Of a DNA stretch of 64,000 nt, positions 1 through 12,135 are shown one piece after another. Numbering within the stretch: position 1 is the first letter of the stretch; every line of letters begins with the position of its first letter. A program made the position numbers and the translations under genes. The DNA comes from Lepidodermella squamata. Taxonomy: Eukaryota; Animalia; Gastrotricha. The stretch lies in contig JBLDXI010000013.1 in assembly GCA_047495785.1 (NCBI GenBank), positions 2,108,001 to 2,172,000 of the forward strand, given 5' to 3'. The notes beneath the pieces are model-generated. The model was given only the letters and a program-made list of their open reading frames with translations. It had not been told where the DNA came from and ran no database searches.

Positions 1-20
1 TATCATATCAGTAGAAAATC

Positions 21-767
21 ATGTACGCCAAGTTGGCAATCCTTGCTGTAGCTCTTGCCGCTGTCTACGCTGATAAAGGTGGCAGCAAGCCGGCTGTTTT
101 GACGGCTGCTGTTTTGCCGGCGCTCCCAGAAGGAGCTGCGCGGCCCCCCAAGCCAGAGGTGATCCCGCTCTCGAACGGAGGACGATGCTTCTGTGCCCCT
201 GAACCGCCGAAGCCCGATCAAGACGCAAAGCCCGTGGAAGCTCCGAAATCCAAGTCAGACGCTGCCAAGCCGGCCGAAGCTGCCAAGCCAAGCGACAAGG
301 GTGATACCAAGGCAAAGCCAACTCCTAAGCCCACCGATGGCACCAAGAAGGAGGAAGGCGAGAACAAGAAAAAGCCCACTGAGACTGACAAGAAGAAGCC
401 AGCAGCCGACACCGATAAGAAGTCGACTGATGAGAAGCCGAAGGCAGCTGAGACTGACAAGAAAAAGCCAGCTGCTGACACCGAGAAGAAACCTGCTGCC
501 TCTGGTGATAAGAAGTCTGCAGTAAAAGCCAATACTGAAACAACTGCTGACACCTTTGGTAAGGCTATTGCTATCGGAGAACCCCATCCGGGACCGCGCC
601 CTTGTGGACCGGGACCGCTGCCACATCCGCCAATTCCTGACGAGATTCTCAACGCTCCGGAATTGAAGGAGACCGACAAGTACGAATTCCGCCCGCTTTG
701 CTCCTGCTTCTTCCCCGCCGCCCAGAAGGCCTCAGCTGCTACTGCTGTTGCTGCTGCTTCTTCGTAA
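21..767 (+). CDS. Secreted cysteine-clasp family protein (class I, CxC...CxC) with K/D/E/P/A/T-rich loop
   Basis: 248-aa ORF; signal peptide MYAKLAILAVALAAVYA; N strand GGRCFC; charged repeat loop (KKPAADTDKK); C strand PELKETDKYEFRPLCSCFFP; AATAAA at ~838; paralog at 6496. Confidence 0.85.
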   Translation: MYAKLAILAVALAAVYADKGGSKPAVLTAAVLPALPEGAARPPKPEVIPLSNGGRCFCAPEPPKPDQDAKPVEAPKSKSDAAKPAEAAKPSDKGDTKAKPTPKPTDGTKKEEGENKKKPTETDKKKPAADTDKKSTDEKPKAAETDKKKPAADTEKKPAASGDKKSAVKANTETTADTFGKAIAIGEPHPGPRPCGPGPLPHPPIPDEILNAPELKETDKYEFRPLCSCFFPAAQKASAATAVAAASS

Positions 768-1148
768 TCATCTCAACGTGAGATATTCGCCGATGACTTT
801 ATATGCAATGATTTTGACTCCAAAAATGTTTCAGCCTAATAAACTCTGTGCTTCTGGATTTTTCGAAACCGAAAAAACATTGTCTTTTGTCTCCAAGAGT
901 TCGCTAAGACTAAGTAAACACCGTCATTATTGACTTGATTATTCTTGATGCGCCATCAAGTTGACAATGCAAGACGGTTCAAGCCCACCTTATCCGTCCT
1001 AATTCCTATTCTGAGCTAGCTATCCTATTCTAAGCAGGAGTCAGTTTAGTATAAAGCTTTTCCGAAATAACGAAAGGATTTCAGTGATTGAAATAAAAAC
1101 CCGTTGTGCCACTAGAATTATTCAATATTTTCCTACTTCATTTAGACA

Positions 1149-1613
1149 ATGATTCAATTAACTGTTTATATACTTGTTGCCGCTTTTGCTAACGAGTCAT
1201 TCGCCCAGCAAAGCAGCGACAGCGGAACTCGTCCAGCAATTGGGATCTCAGCTAACAACGGGCAACGATACCCACCAGTCGGCGCTCCGCCACCTCGTCC
1301 GCCGCCTAGCGAGGAGATTCAGCTGAAATGCGGCGCTAAATGTTTCTGCGACCAGTTATCAACGGGCAGCAACAACAACAACAACGCCGAGCGGTTTTCA
1401 TCAAGCAGCCGTACAGTGAAATCGGGGCCGCAGGGCAGTGACAACAGTCAAAGCGGATCGTCTCGGCCACAAGCTCCTCTGTCCCTGCCGCCTCCTCCGC
1501 CTCCACCTGCCCGTCCTCCGCGAGAAGTCACAGAGGCTGCCGAGTATAATAACAATTCATTCGACCTTCGAACTCGATGCTGGTGCTTCTTCCCGAAAGG
1601 AGACGCTTGCTAG
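1149..1613 (+). CDS. Secreted cysteine-clasp family protein (class I) with S/N/P-rich loop
   Basis: Signal peptide; EEIQLKCGAKCFC ... AEYNNNSFDLRTRCWCFFP; TATAAA at ~1050; near-identical copy at 45201. Confidence 0.85.
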   Translation: MIQLTVYILVAAFANESFAQQSSDSGTRPAIGISANNGQRYPPVGAPPPRPPPSEEIQLKCGAKCFCDQLSTGSNNNNNAERFSSSSRTVKSGPQGSDNSQSGSSRPQAPLSLPPPPPPPARPPREVTEAAEYNNNSFDLRTRCWCFFPKGDAC

Positions 1614-1829
1614 GAGAGGGGGAGAAAACTCATAATTTCCTTTTTAAGCCCGACTATTGTCCATAACTAGGCTTAGTAGAAGAGGCGTTATTAGTGCAAT
1701 TTGCTTTTTGTGATCAAGTGTTCTTTATTGAGATGCCTATTGTCTTCCGGTAACGCTCTAATGGTAAGAGTTTGACGAGTAAATAAATACGAAATTAGCG
1801 ATTTATTGACAGAAATAATATAATATCAA

Positions 1830-2518
1830 ACATGGAATCTAACAGTCGCACAAGAAAATAGCCTGAATGTAATTGAGATGCGATGGCTTCGAACAATTTT
1901 GGGCATAAAATTATTGGACTTCATACCTAACTACGACCTCAGATTGGTTTGCGGTGGAGTCATAGAGGTCGGAAGGTTGATAGAAAAACAAAGAATGAGA
2001 TACTTAGGCCACATTATTCGAGAAGATGAATATAACGCTAGCAGCTTGACAAACGCAATGCTAAATTGGAATAACCCCGAAAAATGGAAAAAACCCAAAG
2101 GCGCACCTAAAACTACCTGGCGTCACGCAATGAATAGAAGCCTCAAAAAAATAGGATTGGTCAAATTACAATACAAAAATATTTATGAAGGACCCCCGAA
2201 AGTTGGGAGACCGGCGAAAACAGCGGTCGTGATAAGGGTTGAAACTAAGGAAGTAGCTGATTGGGAACTGACGCAAATAGCAGCGCGAGATCGCGACGAA
2301 TGGCGAATGCTAACTTTAACAATAGCTAATTTCGAATTTCATGCGAAAAGCAGGCTCTTCATGAATGTGACCGATGGCGGCACCTCGTGATCGCTGATCG
2401 TCACCCTCCCCTAAACCTTTGCGGTAAAACGGTTCCTCTTGTTGTGCGAATATTACCATCACAAGCCAACAATGAACCAGCGGAGGAGGAAAAATAAAAC
2501 TTTTCATTGTTTTCATTG
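1830..2518 (+). mobile_element. 5'-truncated non-LTR retrotransposon (RTE-like C-terminal region)
   Basis: ORF 1878-2390 has post-RT motifs MRWLRTILG..., RMRYLGHIIR, G-x-PKTTW; (TTTTCATTG)2 tail; 11-bp direct repeat TATAATATCAA at 1819-1829 and 2519-2529. Confidence 0.75.
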
Positions 2519-2531
2519 TATAATATCAATT

Positions 2532-3909
2532 CGGTAAAATAAAATATGCCGCCCCAAAAGGTAAAAGTCCGCCCTCGTTTAATTTCAGCCCTCATTTAAT
2601 AATAGCGCGCCCTCGTTTTGAAGAGGTGCGCCCTAAAGTAAACAAAGTCGCCCTGACTGGTTAAACCACCGCCCAATTTCATTTATCCAACTTGGGCAGC
2701 TAATTTTTTATTTAAATCAGTGCTCCGCAAACTCGGATTTTTTTCCGGCCACGTGCGGCCGGCTGGGCAGATCATGCGGCGGCCCATTGGCGGCCGGTAG
2801 GATTTTCTCAAAGGATTGCTTGAATGCGACCGGATGCCTCGTTTCGCACGATCATAACCCGAAAATCAGCCTGTTTTGCACTATTTTCAGCCAAAATTGT
2901 GGCTGGAGCTTAGGCTTTCCGGCCGCCAAAAATGCCGATGGTGAAAAACGTTTGCGGAGCACTGATGAGGATAGCAGCCCGATGGGCGATACATAGCACG
3001 GTCTACCTAATAAAACTACACGTTATAGGTTAGCGCTACCGTTGAGCGATCTAATAGCGATCGCTGTTCGCAATAGGTCTTCGCTCTTACATAGCCATAT
3101 CGCAAACTTTTTGACAACAAAACTGAACAGCAAAGTTAGTTCCTATTTAAGTTCCTAGTTAGTTCCTAACTGCATGGTGCGCGTTGTGGTCACAGCGGCC
3201 CATTTTAGTGACATCGAGTCGGCGTGTAAACACTCGAACGCAGATAATCCCTTGATCCCCGGCAAGTCGCTTTAACGTGGCGAGTTTGCAACACCTTCGG
3301 CAGGCATGCGAGGGGCGCAGCGGGTGTGTGAACTTTCAGTGGTAATAAAATGCTTGAAGAGAGACGCAACCAACGCTTTCACGTCGTAATTTGTTCGGCC
3401 TGTAATAAGCATGCCTTGAACATAAATCCGTCCCAAAACCTACTGGCCGATTGGTAATTGTCTTATGTCCTAATATGTTCCTGCTCAAGCATTAGTGGCT
3501 ATTGCTTTTGCGGCTTCTGCGGCTATTGCTTTACTGCTCAAATTGCCAAATTGTCCCAAAAAATCGTCCGCGCGATATTCCTATCGCTATCGTCCGCGGT
3601 AATCATATCCTATGTGGTAGTTATTTTGGTTCATATACCGGTTCAGCCGATGTAATATTGATACCAAATAAAGGAATAGAGATGCGGCTAATAGGCATCA
3701 TCATCACATTTGCGATTTTCTTATTCTAACGGGGCGACGTTTTGTATTTCAAGGCGACTGATTATCAGTCAGGTGCGGCCTTTCGCCTTAAGGGGCGGAT
3801 TAAGGTGGATTAGTGCGGCGATCACGCAATGAGGGCGACTTTATTTATTTTTGGGCGACACAAATGGGGCGAACTTTTACCTTTTTGGGCGACAGATTTT
3901 ACCTTACCC
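2532..3909. mobile_element. Non-autonomous TIR DNA transposon (Mutator-like by TSD length)
   Basis: Imperfect TIRs (GGTAA...GCCCCAAAAGGTAAAAGTCCGCCC versus reverse complement at ~3866-3909), many subterminal CGCCC/GGGCG repeats, 9-bp TSD ATATCAATT at 2523-2531 and 3910-3918. Confidence 0.75.
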
Positions 3910-3944
3910 ATATCAATTTTCCCAACTGAACAAAACTACGCTAA

Positions 3945-4921
3945 TATACGGATAAAAATAATTGCTGCTTGCTTATTTTACGTGACTGTTGCGGTTTTCG
4001 TCTATCCAAACGTTCGAGCGTGTGGACACGGAACTGTCGAAGAAAATCCTGAGGGGCCGTCAATTTGGCAAGTAAATGATAGATTTTACCTCCTCCCGTC
4101 ATTCCATACATTCCTCGCCATAACGATTAAAATTGACCAGGAAAAGCATTCAGCGCAAAAGTGAGAATACGAATCGTTAAAGTGTCTTTCTGAGACCCAA
4201 GCCAAGAAAAATCAGAACACAAAAAGTCAATTTTGCCTTGTCATAAAGAAACGATTTCTCGTTCGTGTCTCTCCGAAACATCGAACTCCAATGTGACTGG
4301 CGCGATGCTGGTTATGTCGGTCTTTTTGACTGGCACTGTTCCCGATGCCGAAGAATGCGCGATTTCGAGAATCCTCGTCTTCAGAAGAACTGCGTGAAAT
4401 TTATCTTAGGATCTTCAGATGTTTCATGGTATGGTTGTAGTGCAGTTGGGGTATACGGCAAATTTTCGGAGAAACAATTTTCCCCTTCAATCGATGGAGT
4501 CAAATATGGCTGCGAACGAGTCGGCGTTATCGAGGTCACTCAAGTGTCTATTCAAGGCGTTGATTTTTTATGTGACTGGCGCGATGCCGGTTATGCTGGT
4601 TCTACTAGCACCTTATCTAACACCGAGAATTCACGCAACGAGCTCGTACCTTGATTTCAATGACGAACTTCCTGGTCGTTGCTGATTTCGACTTTTGAAA
4701 ATTTCCATCTTAAAATGGTCACTTATCTTTTCTGAAAAAACTCTGTTTACTTTCAAACTCAATTCACCTGATGATGAAATCTGTATTGATTTCGAAACGT
4801 CGTGCAATGAAAACTATCTTAGTCTTTTGTAAAACTTGTAACATAGTTCAAAGTTCAATTTGGAAAACAGGAAGGCACCTCAAAAATAATAAAATACCTT
4901 GAAAACACAAACTTTATTTTG
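3945..4921 (+). pseudogene. Relic of the spliced clasp gene (exon 1 plus intron remnants, exon 2 missing)
   Basis: ...VYPNVRACGHGTVEENPEGPSIWQ|GTAAAT matches exon 1 at 45924/50433 but with ATA in place of the ATGs; intron segments match 46120-46480; acceptor TTTTGCAG is replaced by TTTTGAAC and no exon 2 follows. Confidence 0.7.
4762..4808 (+). ncRNA. Minimal type I hammerhead ribozyme motif (Penelope-like element end)
   Basis: CAC-CTGATGA-T-GAAATC-tgtatt-GATTTC-GAAA-CGTC-GTG: complete catalytic core, stem II, and very short palindromic stem III. Confidence 0.65.
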
Positions 4922-5246
4922 AACTTTTTCGGAGTTTCGCGAAGATCAATAAAATAAAATAATGCCGGCTAAATCGCCAGCTGAACCCAGCCGAAGCAAT
5001 TTGACATTCGACATAGTTCGGCCAGGATTTGAAAATATCGACAACGAATCCTAAAAAATGCCGACTCTCGCAGGTTCCAATATTCGGAATTAGTCGATGA
5101 AGCACGACTATGTCAAAAACTGTCGACCACAGCTCAAGACATTAGGCCAGGTTCGACCAGGCAAAACGTGCTTCGACCAGGTTCGACTAACTGGTGCCGA
5201 TGAGGCAGGGAAGATAAACCGATTTTCTTTTCTTAAATCTGCTTAA

Positions 5247-5967
5247 CCCTTTCATGGCGGAATTATTTATCTGCGGTAGAAAAAGCAGTTCTAGGGATCA
5301 CGATTTTGAAATCCGTTTGTCTTCATCTATCACCGTTAAGGCTGTACGAAAACTGGCCGAAATCGTCCTATCCGCCCAGCTTATTTCAGCTGATTTCTGA
5401 GTCAGATGCCTTCAGCTTTGACTTTTTAGATTCTAAATTACTCCCATGAATGTCTCTAAGATTCTTCCTCATTTATATCACCGAAAAAATTTAGTTTAAA
5501 GAATTTTTTGAGGCTCAGCATTCAGATCTGAATTCAGCTATTCCAGGTTTTCCTCGCAGCACAAAAATCCCGCACTCCGCCTGTATAAGTCTGGGCGGAT
5601 AGGACGAATTCGGCCGTTTTGATTAAATCTCAATAGCGTCGTCATTTTTAATTTCCAACTCGAAAAAATTTACACAGAGGTCAATGAGACTATGGCGGAC
5701 ACGGTGGTATTTTTTGTTGGATCGAAAAATGATCAGAAACCTATGGAATTTCAAGTTGAAAAATCGAAATTTCATTGTCAGGTTGACTATTTTCAAATGG
5801 CTATTATGTCCTGACCATGCAAGATAACCGTGTCCTGGTCTCAAAACATTGTAGCCAACATCGAAAAGCAATATTCCTTAAAAGGGCGATCAAGAATGCA
5901 TCAAATTCGATTTCCTGCGAATTTTCGAAGTCGAAATTCCGAAATCGTCCTTCCCGCCGTGAAAGGG
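5247..5967. mobile_element. piggyBac-type MITE
   Basis: TTAA TSD at 5243-5246 and 5968-5971; TIR CCCTTTCAYGGCGG; internal inverted repeat ~5350-5380 / ~5591-5620. Confidence 0.8.
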
Positions 5968-6495
5968 TTAAACCGTATCTTAAGTCAAAGCGGAAATTTA
6001 GACTTCGGTTTCCTAAGGTTTTTGGACCGGATTTGCACTATATCCCGGAAGGCTTTACCTGGCGCGCTGATTGTCTGGTTTACACGAATTTTACTGTAAA
6101 TAGCAATACTATTTGTCTCCGAAAATGTTTCAGCCTAACTCTAAATAAACTCTACGCTTCCGGATTTTCTGGATTTCAAGCGAGGTGATTCCGCAAAAAT
6201 GTGGGGGTAAATGTGTTTGCATAAATTTTTTGCGGTTTTGGGTTAGTCGATCCGTTGCATAAATATTACCTTGTCTTAAACAATAGGTTCTATTGTTTTT
6301 AACGTTCAAGGGTTCTTTTGAGAAATAGTTTTTTTGTGACCAGATTACACGAGTCATTTGGTTTCTAAGCTGCTGTTTGCGCAATGATTGTTGCCAAATC
6401 CAACTAAGCGCGACCATTGGGTTTATAAATAGGCGCGGGAAACACACTCGGTGGAAATATATTCCTATAATATAATATCATATCAGTAGAAAAAC

Positions 6496-7659
6496 ATGTA
6501 CGCCATGTTGGCAATCCTTGCTGTAGCTCTTGCCGCTGTCAACGCCGAACAGGTCGGCAGCAAGTCGACCGCGCCAGCAGCACCCCGGCCCTCCAAGTCA
6601 GAGGTTATCCGCCTCGCCAAAGGGGGCCGATGCATCTGCGAAGAAGAATCATCGGGGCCCGAGCAATTGCCAGAGGCAACGCCCGTGGAAGCTCCGAAAT
6701 CCAAGTCAGACGCTGCCAAGCCGGCCGAAACCGCCAAGCCTAGCGAGAAGGGCGATACCAAGTCAAAGCCAGCTGCTAAGCCCGCCGAAGGCGAGACCAA
6801 GAAGAAGCCAGAAGACAAGGCCGCTGAGACGAAAAAGCCAGCAGCCGGCACCGATAAGAAGTCGACTGATGAGAAGCCGAAGGCAGCTGAGCCTGACAAG
6901 AAAAAGCCAGCTGCTAAGCCCGCCGAAGTCGTCAAGAAGGATGAAGGCGAGACCAAGGAGAAGCCCACTAAGACTGACAACAAGAAGCCATACACATTGA
7001 AGGTCGCTAAGACTGACGGGAAAAAGACAGCTCCGAAATCCAAGTCAGACGCTGCCACGTCCGCCGAAACCAACAAGCCGGCCAACAGGTCTGGCGAGAG
7101 GGCCAAGGCAGACCACCATTCCAAGAAGGAACAAGCCGAATCGGAGGTCGCTATGACTGAAGGGAAAAAGACAGCAGCCAGTTTCCATCAGGGACCGTCT
7201 CCTTGTGACCCGCTGCCCCATCTGCCGCCGCTTCCCGAGGAGATCGCCAACGCTCCGGAATGCGAACAGGCCGGCAATTACCACCTCCGCCGCCACTGCT
7301 TCTGTTTCGTCCCCACAGATGATGTTGCTTCTGTTGCTTCTTCCTCACATCAGCCGTTCAACCTCGGCAAGTCAATGCAGAAAATCGCGCTCGCTAACCC
7401 TCCTTCCACGTTGACAAGAAAGCCTTCTTCTGCTACTACTACTCCTACTCCTACTAGAGGGAAAGTAGAAGAGATAGAAGAGAGGGAAAGGGAGAAGCCA
7501 GAGAGAAAGGAAGAAGCTCCTACTAGAGGGAAAGTAGAAGAGATAGAAGAGAGGGAAAGGGAGAAGCCAGAGAGAAAGGAAGAAGCTCCTACTAGAGGGA
7601 AAGTAGAAGAGATGGAAGAGAGGGAAAGGGAGAAGCCAGAGAGAAAGGAAGAAGCATAA
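6496..7659 (+). CDS. Secreted cysteine-clasp family protein (class I), paralog of 21-767, with insertion-derived charged C-terminal tail
   Basis: Signal peptide; GGRCIC ... NAPECEQAGNYHLRRHCFCFVP; TATAAAT at 6424; 5' UTR and 3' flank homologous to the gene at 21. Confidence 0.8.
   Translation: MYAMLAILAVALAAVNAEQVGSKSTAPAAPRPSKSEVIRLAKGGRCICEEESSGPEQLPEATPVEAPKSKSDAAKPAETAKPSEKGDTKSKPAAKPAEGETKKKPEDKAAETKKPAAGTDKKSTDEKPKAAEPDKKKPAAKPAEVVKKDEGETKEKPTKTDNKKPYTLKVAKTDGKKTAPKSKSDAATSAETNKPANRSGERAKADHHSKKEQAESEVAMTEGKKTAASFHQGPSPCDPLPHLPPLPEEIANAPECEQAGNYHLRRHCFCFVPTDDVASVASSSHQPFNLGKSMQKIALANPPSTLTRKPSSATTTPTPTRGKVEEIEEREREKPERKEEAPTRGKVEEIEEREREKPERKEEAPTRGKVEEMEEREREKPERKEEA
7448..7655 (+). 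repeat. 3 x 69-bp tandem repeat encoding PTRGKVEEIEEREREKPERKEEA
   Basis: Units start at 7448, 7517 and 7586; nearly identical. Confidence 0.9.
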
Positions 7660-9980
7660 GGGTCCCCCCTGTGGTTAGGACGATCCCTCCGTCCCTTCCC
7701 CCCCCCCCCCCTCTCCCTCTCTCTCGCTATCTTCGACACTGGCTTCTTCGTAATCATCTCAACGTGAGATAATCGCCGATAACTTTATACAAACGATGTT
7801 GACTCCACAATTATTTCATTATTTCAGCCTAATAAACTCCATGATCCTGGATTTTTAGCATGTGTTAGTTTTATTTATAGTAGGCCCTCAGCCGGGCGGC
7901 GCTATAGGATTAAAGACGACAAGTACACTATTGCCCTCCATGCTACTGTACAAGACTATACTAGCCCACACAATATGCGTACACATGAATGTACAGCACA
8001 CATAATAGCACTGCCGTAGCTATTTTCTGGCGAAAACCTTCGAGCCTTGATAAATTTCAGCTAAGTTTCTTAAAGTAACTTTTTTTCGAGGATGATGTCA
8101 TGTTTTTCTGAAAAATGCTGATTGATTTGGCTTTGAAGCTGAAGGTTTCGAAACAATTTCTCAATTTATGTGGCTGGGAGGGCTGTGATCGTACATGAAT
8201 AAAATTTATGACAACATTATAACGACGTTATAGTGCGACACAGAAAAAAAATCTATCGTATACTTTTTATTGAGGATGCTATATCGGTATTGCGGCATAA
8301 TAACTGCTTTTGATTGACCATACATTCCATTGTATTATATTGCGCGCACTAACATTTATGCTATTATGTGCGCCAATGCGCCAATGCGCGCGTTCGGTTT
8401 ATATAAAACAGTAGTGTTTACTGTATACGCACCAGCAAACAGCAACGCTTATTAGCTAATTGCCAGAAATACCATGCTTTTTAAATGCTTTTTTATTTTT
8501 ATTGCAGCGGATTTAGAGGAAAAATGTAAAATCGGTGGAACCTTAAATAAACTTAAATAAATTATTAGTATACAGTTTTAATTGAGTTCACTTGCAGTGT
8601 TCCCTTTATAACTGCGCAGGGTCGGGGTGACCCGTGAAATTATCGAGCGAAACAGTTATTCAGGGATTTGCCTCTTTTTGCGTGAAGCACATATGGTGCC
8701 GCGCGATTGCTATGAGTCCAAAAAATGTTGCAATAGAAAATAGAAGAGGGTGTGTTGATAACGGGGATGCAGTTATCGAGGGGGCACTGTGCTAATAATC
8801 ACCACCAAAGAAAATGGCAAAACCACGGCAAAAAGCGGCTAATAATGTAGACAACCCGTCGATAAACTGAAAATTCAGCCAATTAAAGTTGTAAGGCAGT
8901 TGCTTTCAATAAAATCTCGAGAAATCTATTGAGATGGAGCTTAAAAATTGAAAAATATAATGAGATACAAGTCACTCCTCATTGGCTTGTATCAGATAGA
9001 TCTCTTCAGCTCGTGAGCCATTTATTGAGCGCCATGTCCAATGTCCAACTCGCAACACATAACAATTCCCTTTCTACATGCGAGCCTCCTCGATGTCAGA
9101 ATCGCGCGACTTCCTCGCGGCACATAGATTGTTGCCGAACTTCCAAACATAGAGAAGTTTGCTTTTTTGTCTCGTATAGTGAGAGGGCACTCGGGGCAGA
9201 GCGCCTATAAACTGGCAAACTTCTTAGTACCGTTCTTGAGTTATGCCGTCCCTGTGACCATTTTTTCATCGGGTGGCACATTTGCCCTGTCAATCTGGTT
9301 ATTCAGGGTGCATTTGACGAAACCGTCGGAAAAATCCATCAAAGCTAAGAAGAAAGCTTGCATACTTTCAGGGCTGCAAAAATGCATAATTTCCCCCACG
9401 CCGGTTTAATTTTCCCGCTAAACCCGCTAAACTCGCGGTGTAGATTTTCCGTTATCTATTTTAAATCAACTTCTTATTTAGCTTTAGTGCTCATTATATT
9501 CGTCTTATGTGACAGAGCATGCGAACAGCAAATTCACTACAAATTCGTGTTTCATGTTTCGTGTTTCGTGTTTCGAGTGATTTTACAGGTGACTATTGGC
9601 GATATTTTACTAAAAGTTGCACGTGCTCGCGTTAATATGAATCATAAATTCATTACTACAAGATTTAGGACTCAGTTGTAGTAGGCGAACCGAAGCGCTT
9701 AGGATAAATGATTCACTGATCGCACGAACTCGGCTTGAAAAGACAAAAATGAATCGTTGATCGTTGAACATGGAAATATATTCTGTATTTTCTGATGTAT
9801 TATTCTGATTCAGCATTAAAATCTAGGATAATGGGCATATTTTCGCACGTTCATCTACCAAAATGAAGAATATATCTGCGCTCTGCAAGTCGAAAGGCGT
9901 AGTATATGCGCAAGAGGTTGTGCGCGCGCAGGAACACACGAGCGCGCGCTGACGAAATTAAGATTTTTCCCCCCAAGTTA

Positions 9981-11162
9981 CTGTAAACGTATTAATTTTC
10001 GCGGTATTTTTGAATTCGCGGACGGCCCATTTTTGGTCATTTTTCATTTTCGCGGATTCTTGAATTCGCGGACTCAACTTAGGAAAAATTACCATTTTCG
10101 CGTTCAATGATTTTCGCGGGCGTGTAATTTTCGCGGTGATATGAATTCGCGCAAGTGCCGCCTCGGTGATTCGCAGAGCCGTAGCGCACGCAAATGAACA
10201 GGTGCGCTCATCGACCAAACAATAAAGCCTATTACGCACATTTGCGAGCGAGCGTCCAGGGCGGCGGTGACTTGATCGCAGTGTTCCTACCTACCTAAGC
10301 GCGAGCTTTGATAGGCGAGAGCATGCCGTTTGAATTTCATTGGCCCACCCCATGTCCAATTGGAAGCGGCGCGCAGGTGGCTACGGCGCATGCGAATTTG
10401 TCTGATATGTTTTAAAAACTCCTGTGATACTCGCGCGCAAAATTTGATTGAATTTGGAAACTCAAAAATCCGTAGAAATTCCTAACTTTTCCTAACCTTT
10501 TAACTTGCGCTGCAAATCATATGAAAAAAAATCAAGTTTTCGACGGTGAGGAATTCCTAGTAACAAATTAGATATTTGGATTCAGCGTGAAAAGTTGAGC
10601 TACTCGGCAAATATACGCGCGCCTATGGTCAAAATTAGAGAAGAAATAGGGGGAATTAAATCATACGTTTGTGCTCGCGCGCGTGTGTGTGTCTGTTGAT
10701 GACGCGCGCGCAAGACCTTCAACAGGCAGAGCGCGGCACATGCGCAGTTTTTAAGCGCGCGCTCATACAGTTAAACGTTTCTTCCGCATTTCTTCATCAT
10801 TTTGAAAGATTAAAGTGCAAAAATTGGCGACGTTTCAACCCAACATTTCACACTGAATCAAAATATCTAATTTGTTTATTGAAATTCATCGCTGTCGAAA
10901 ACTTCATATTCGTAAACAAGCCTAAATCCGAGTATTTCAACGTCGCTGAAGACATTTTTCGCGGTTTTTCACTTGTGGGTCAAATGTGACTAAGTAATTA
11001 TGGCGCGCCCTAATTTTCGCGAAAACATTTTTTCACGCGCCTTAATTTCCGCGAAAATAATTTTTCACGCGGACTAATTTTCGCGGTTTTTAAATTCGCG
11101 GCCGGAGAAAATCCGCGAAATCCGCGAAAATTAATACTATGCGAAAAATAATACGTTTACAG
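9981..11162. mobile_element. MITE with TA target duplication
   Basis: TA|CTGTAAACGTATTA...TAATACGTTTACAG|TA; subterminal TTTTCGCG repeats. Confidence 0.75.
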
Positions 11163-12135
11163 TATTCCCCATTTTAATCCTAGTAGCGCGCAAACACAGC
11201 TCAACATTCCACGCTGAATCCGAATATCTAGTTTATTTTTATATGAAATTCATCACCGTCAAAATCTTGATTATTTTCATAAGTTTTAGGATGAAGTTCA
11301 AACGGTTTAGATTATCCCCCAATTTCAAATGTTCTATGGCCTTGAAACGTATAAGTATATTCGTGTCTAGTGCCAGTTCTAGAGGTAGGGGAGACAACGG
11401 CCAATAAATAATATTCGTTTGTCGTTTGGCGTTTGCGGAGACATGTTTTTTCAACAGCGCTGAAAGTATTGCCAGGGACGCAAGGGACGTGGAGGGTAGT
11501 ACCGTGTGGTCCACGGGCTGACTCCGGAGTCATTTGGACTCTTTTGAGCATTTTTTTGACTCATGGCTGACTCCGATACTAAATAAAACCTGGCAGGTTT
11601 GGGAGTTCTTGATGCGAGCATCTCTTTTTAGCGGTTTCAGTTATCTAAAATCTTCACTTGGACGGATGAATTTTCAAAAATGTCTCGCTTCGCTCGCATA
11701 CAACCGTAATTCTTCGATTCGATTCGATTCGATTCGATCGCAGCGTGGTCTCTGGTTCGATTCCCGCCCGCGACTGATTTTGTTCATAACTCAATTGTGT
11801 CATTAGCGACCGGTGGTGCTTAATTTGGTGCTTAAGATCTGCTCAACGGGTGCGCGAAGAATGCTTCAAGTCGCGCTAAGTGCTTAACAACGTTGTCTAA
11901 TGGCTTGAAGTAATCGCCAGTAACATCCTCGTCGATACATGAGTTCGCTAGCAAATCCACCTCGTCATTGGATATTTCCGCGTAATTTCGCGATGTTCTC
12001 GCCATTAGATACCGACATTGTAAGCACTTCTGTTTGACTGAGGAGAGCCATTTGTAGTAGTCAATTGTTAATAGAAAACGCGAATGTTGACTTCACAGTT
12101 TATTACTGGCAAATATAGAATTGTCGCCAAAAATA

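Noticed and set aside
2961-3005. Second hammerhead (CTGATGAG...)
   Set aside because: No GAAA core at the proper position and no convincing stem II
4265-4654. 129-aa ORF with repeated CDWRDAGY as a real gene
   Set aside because: Non-ATG start, lies within a probable retroelement insert, and no recognisable domain
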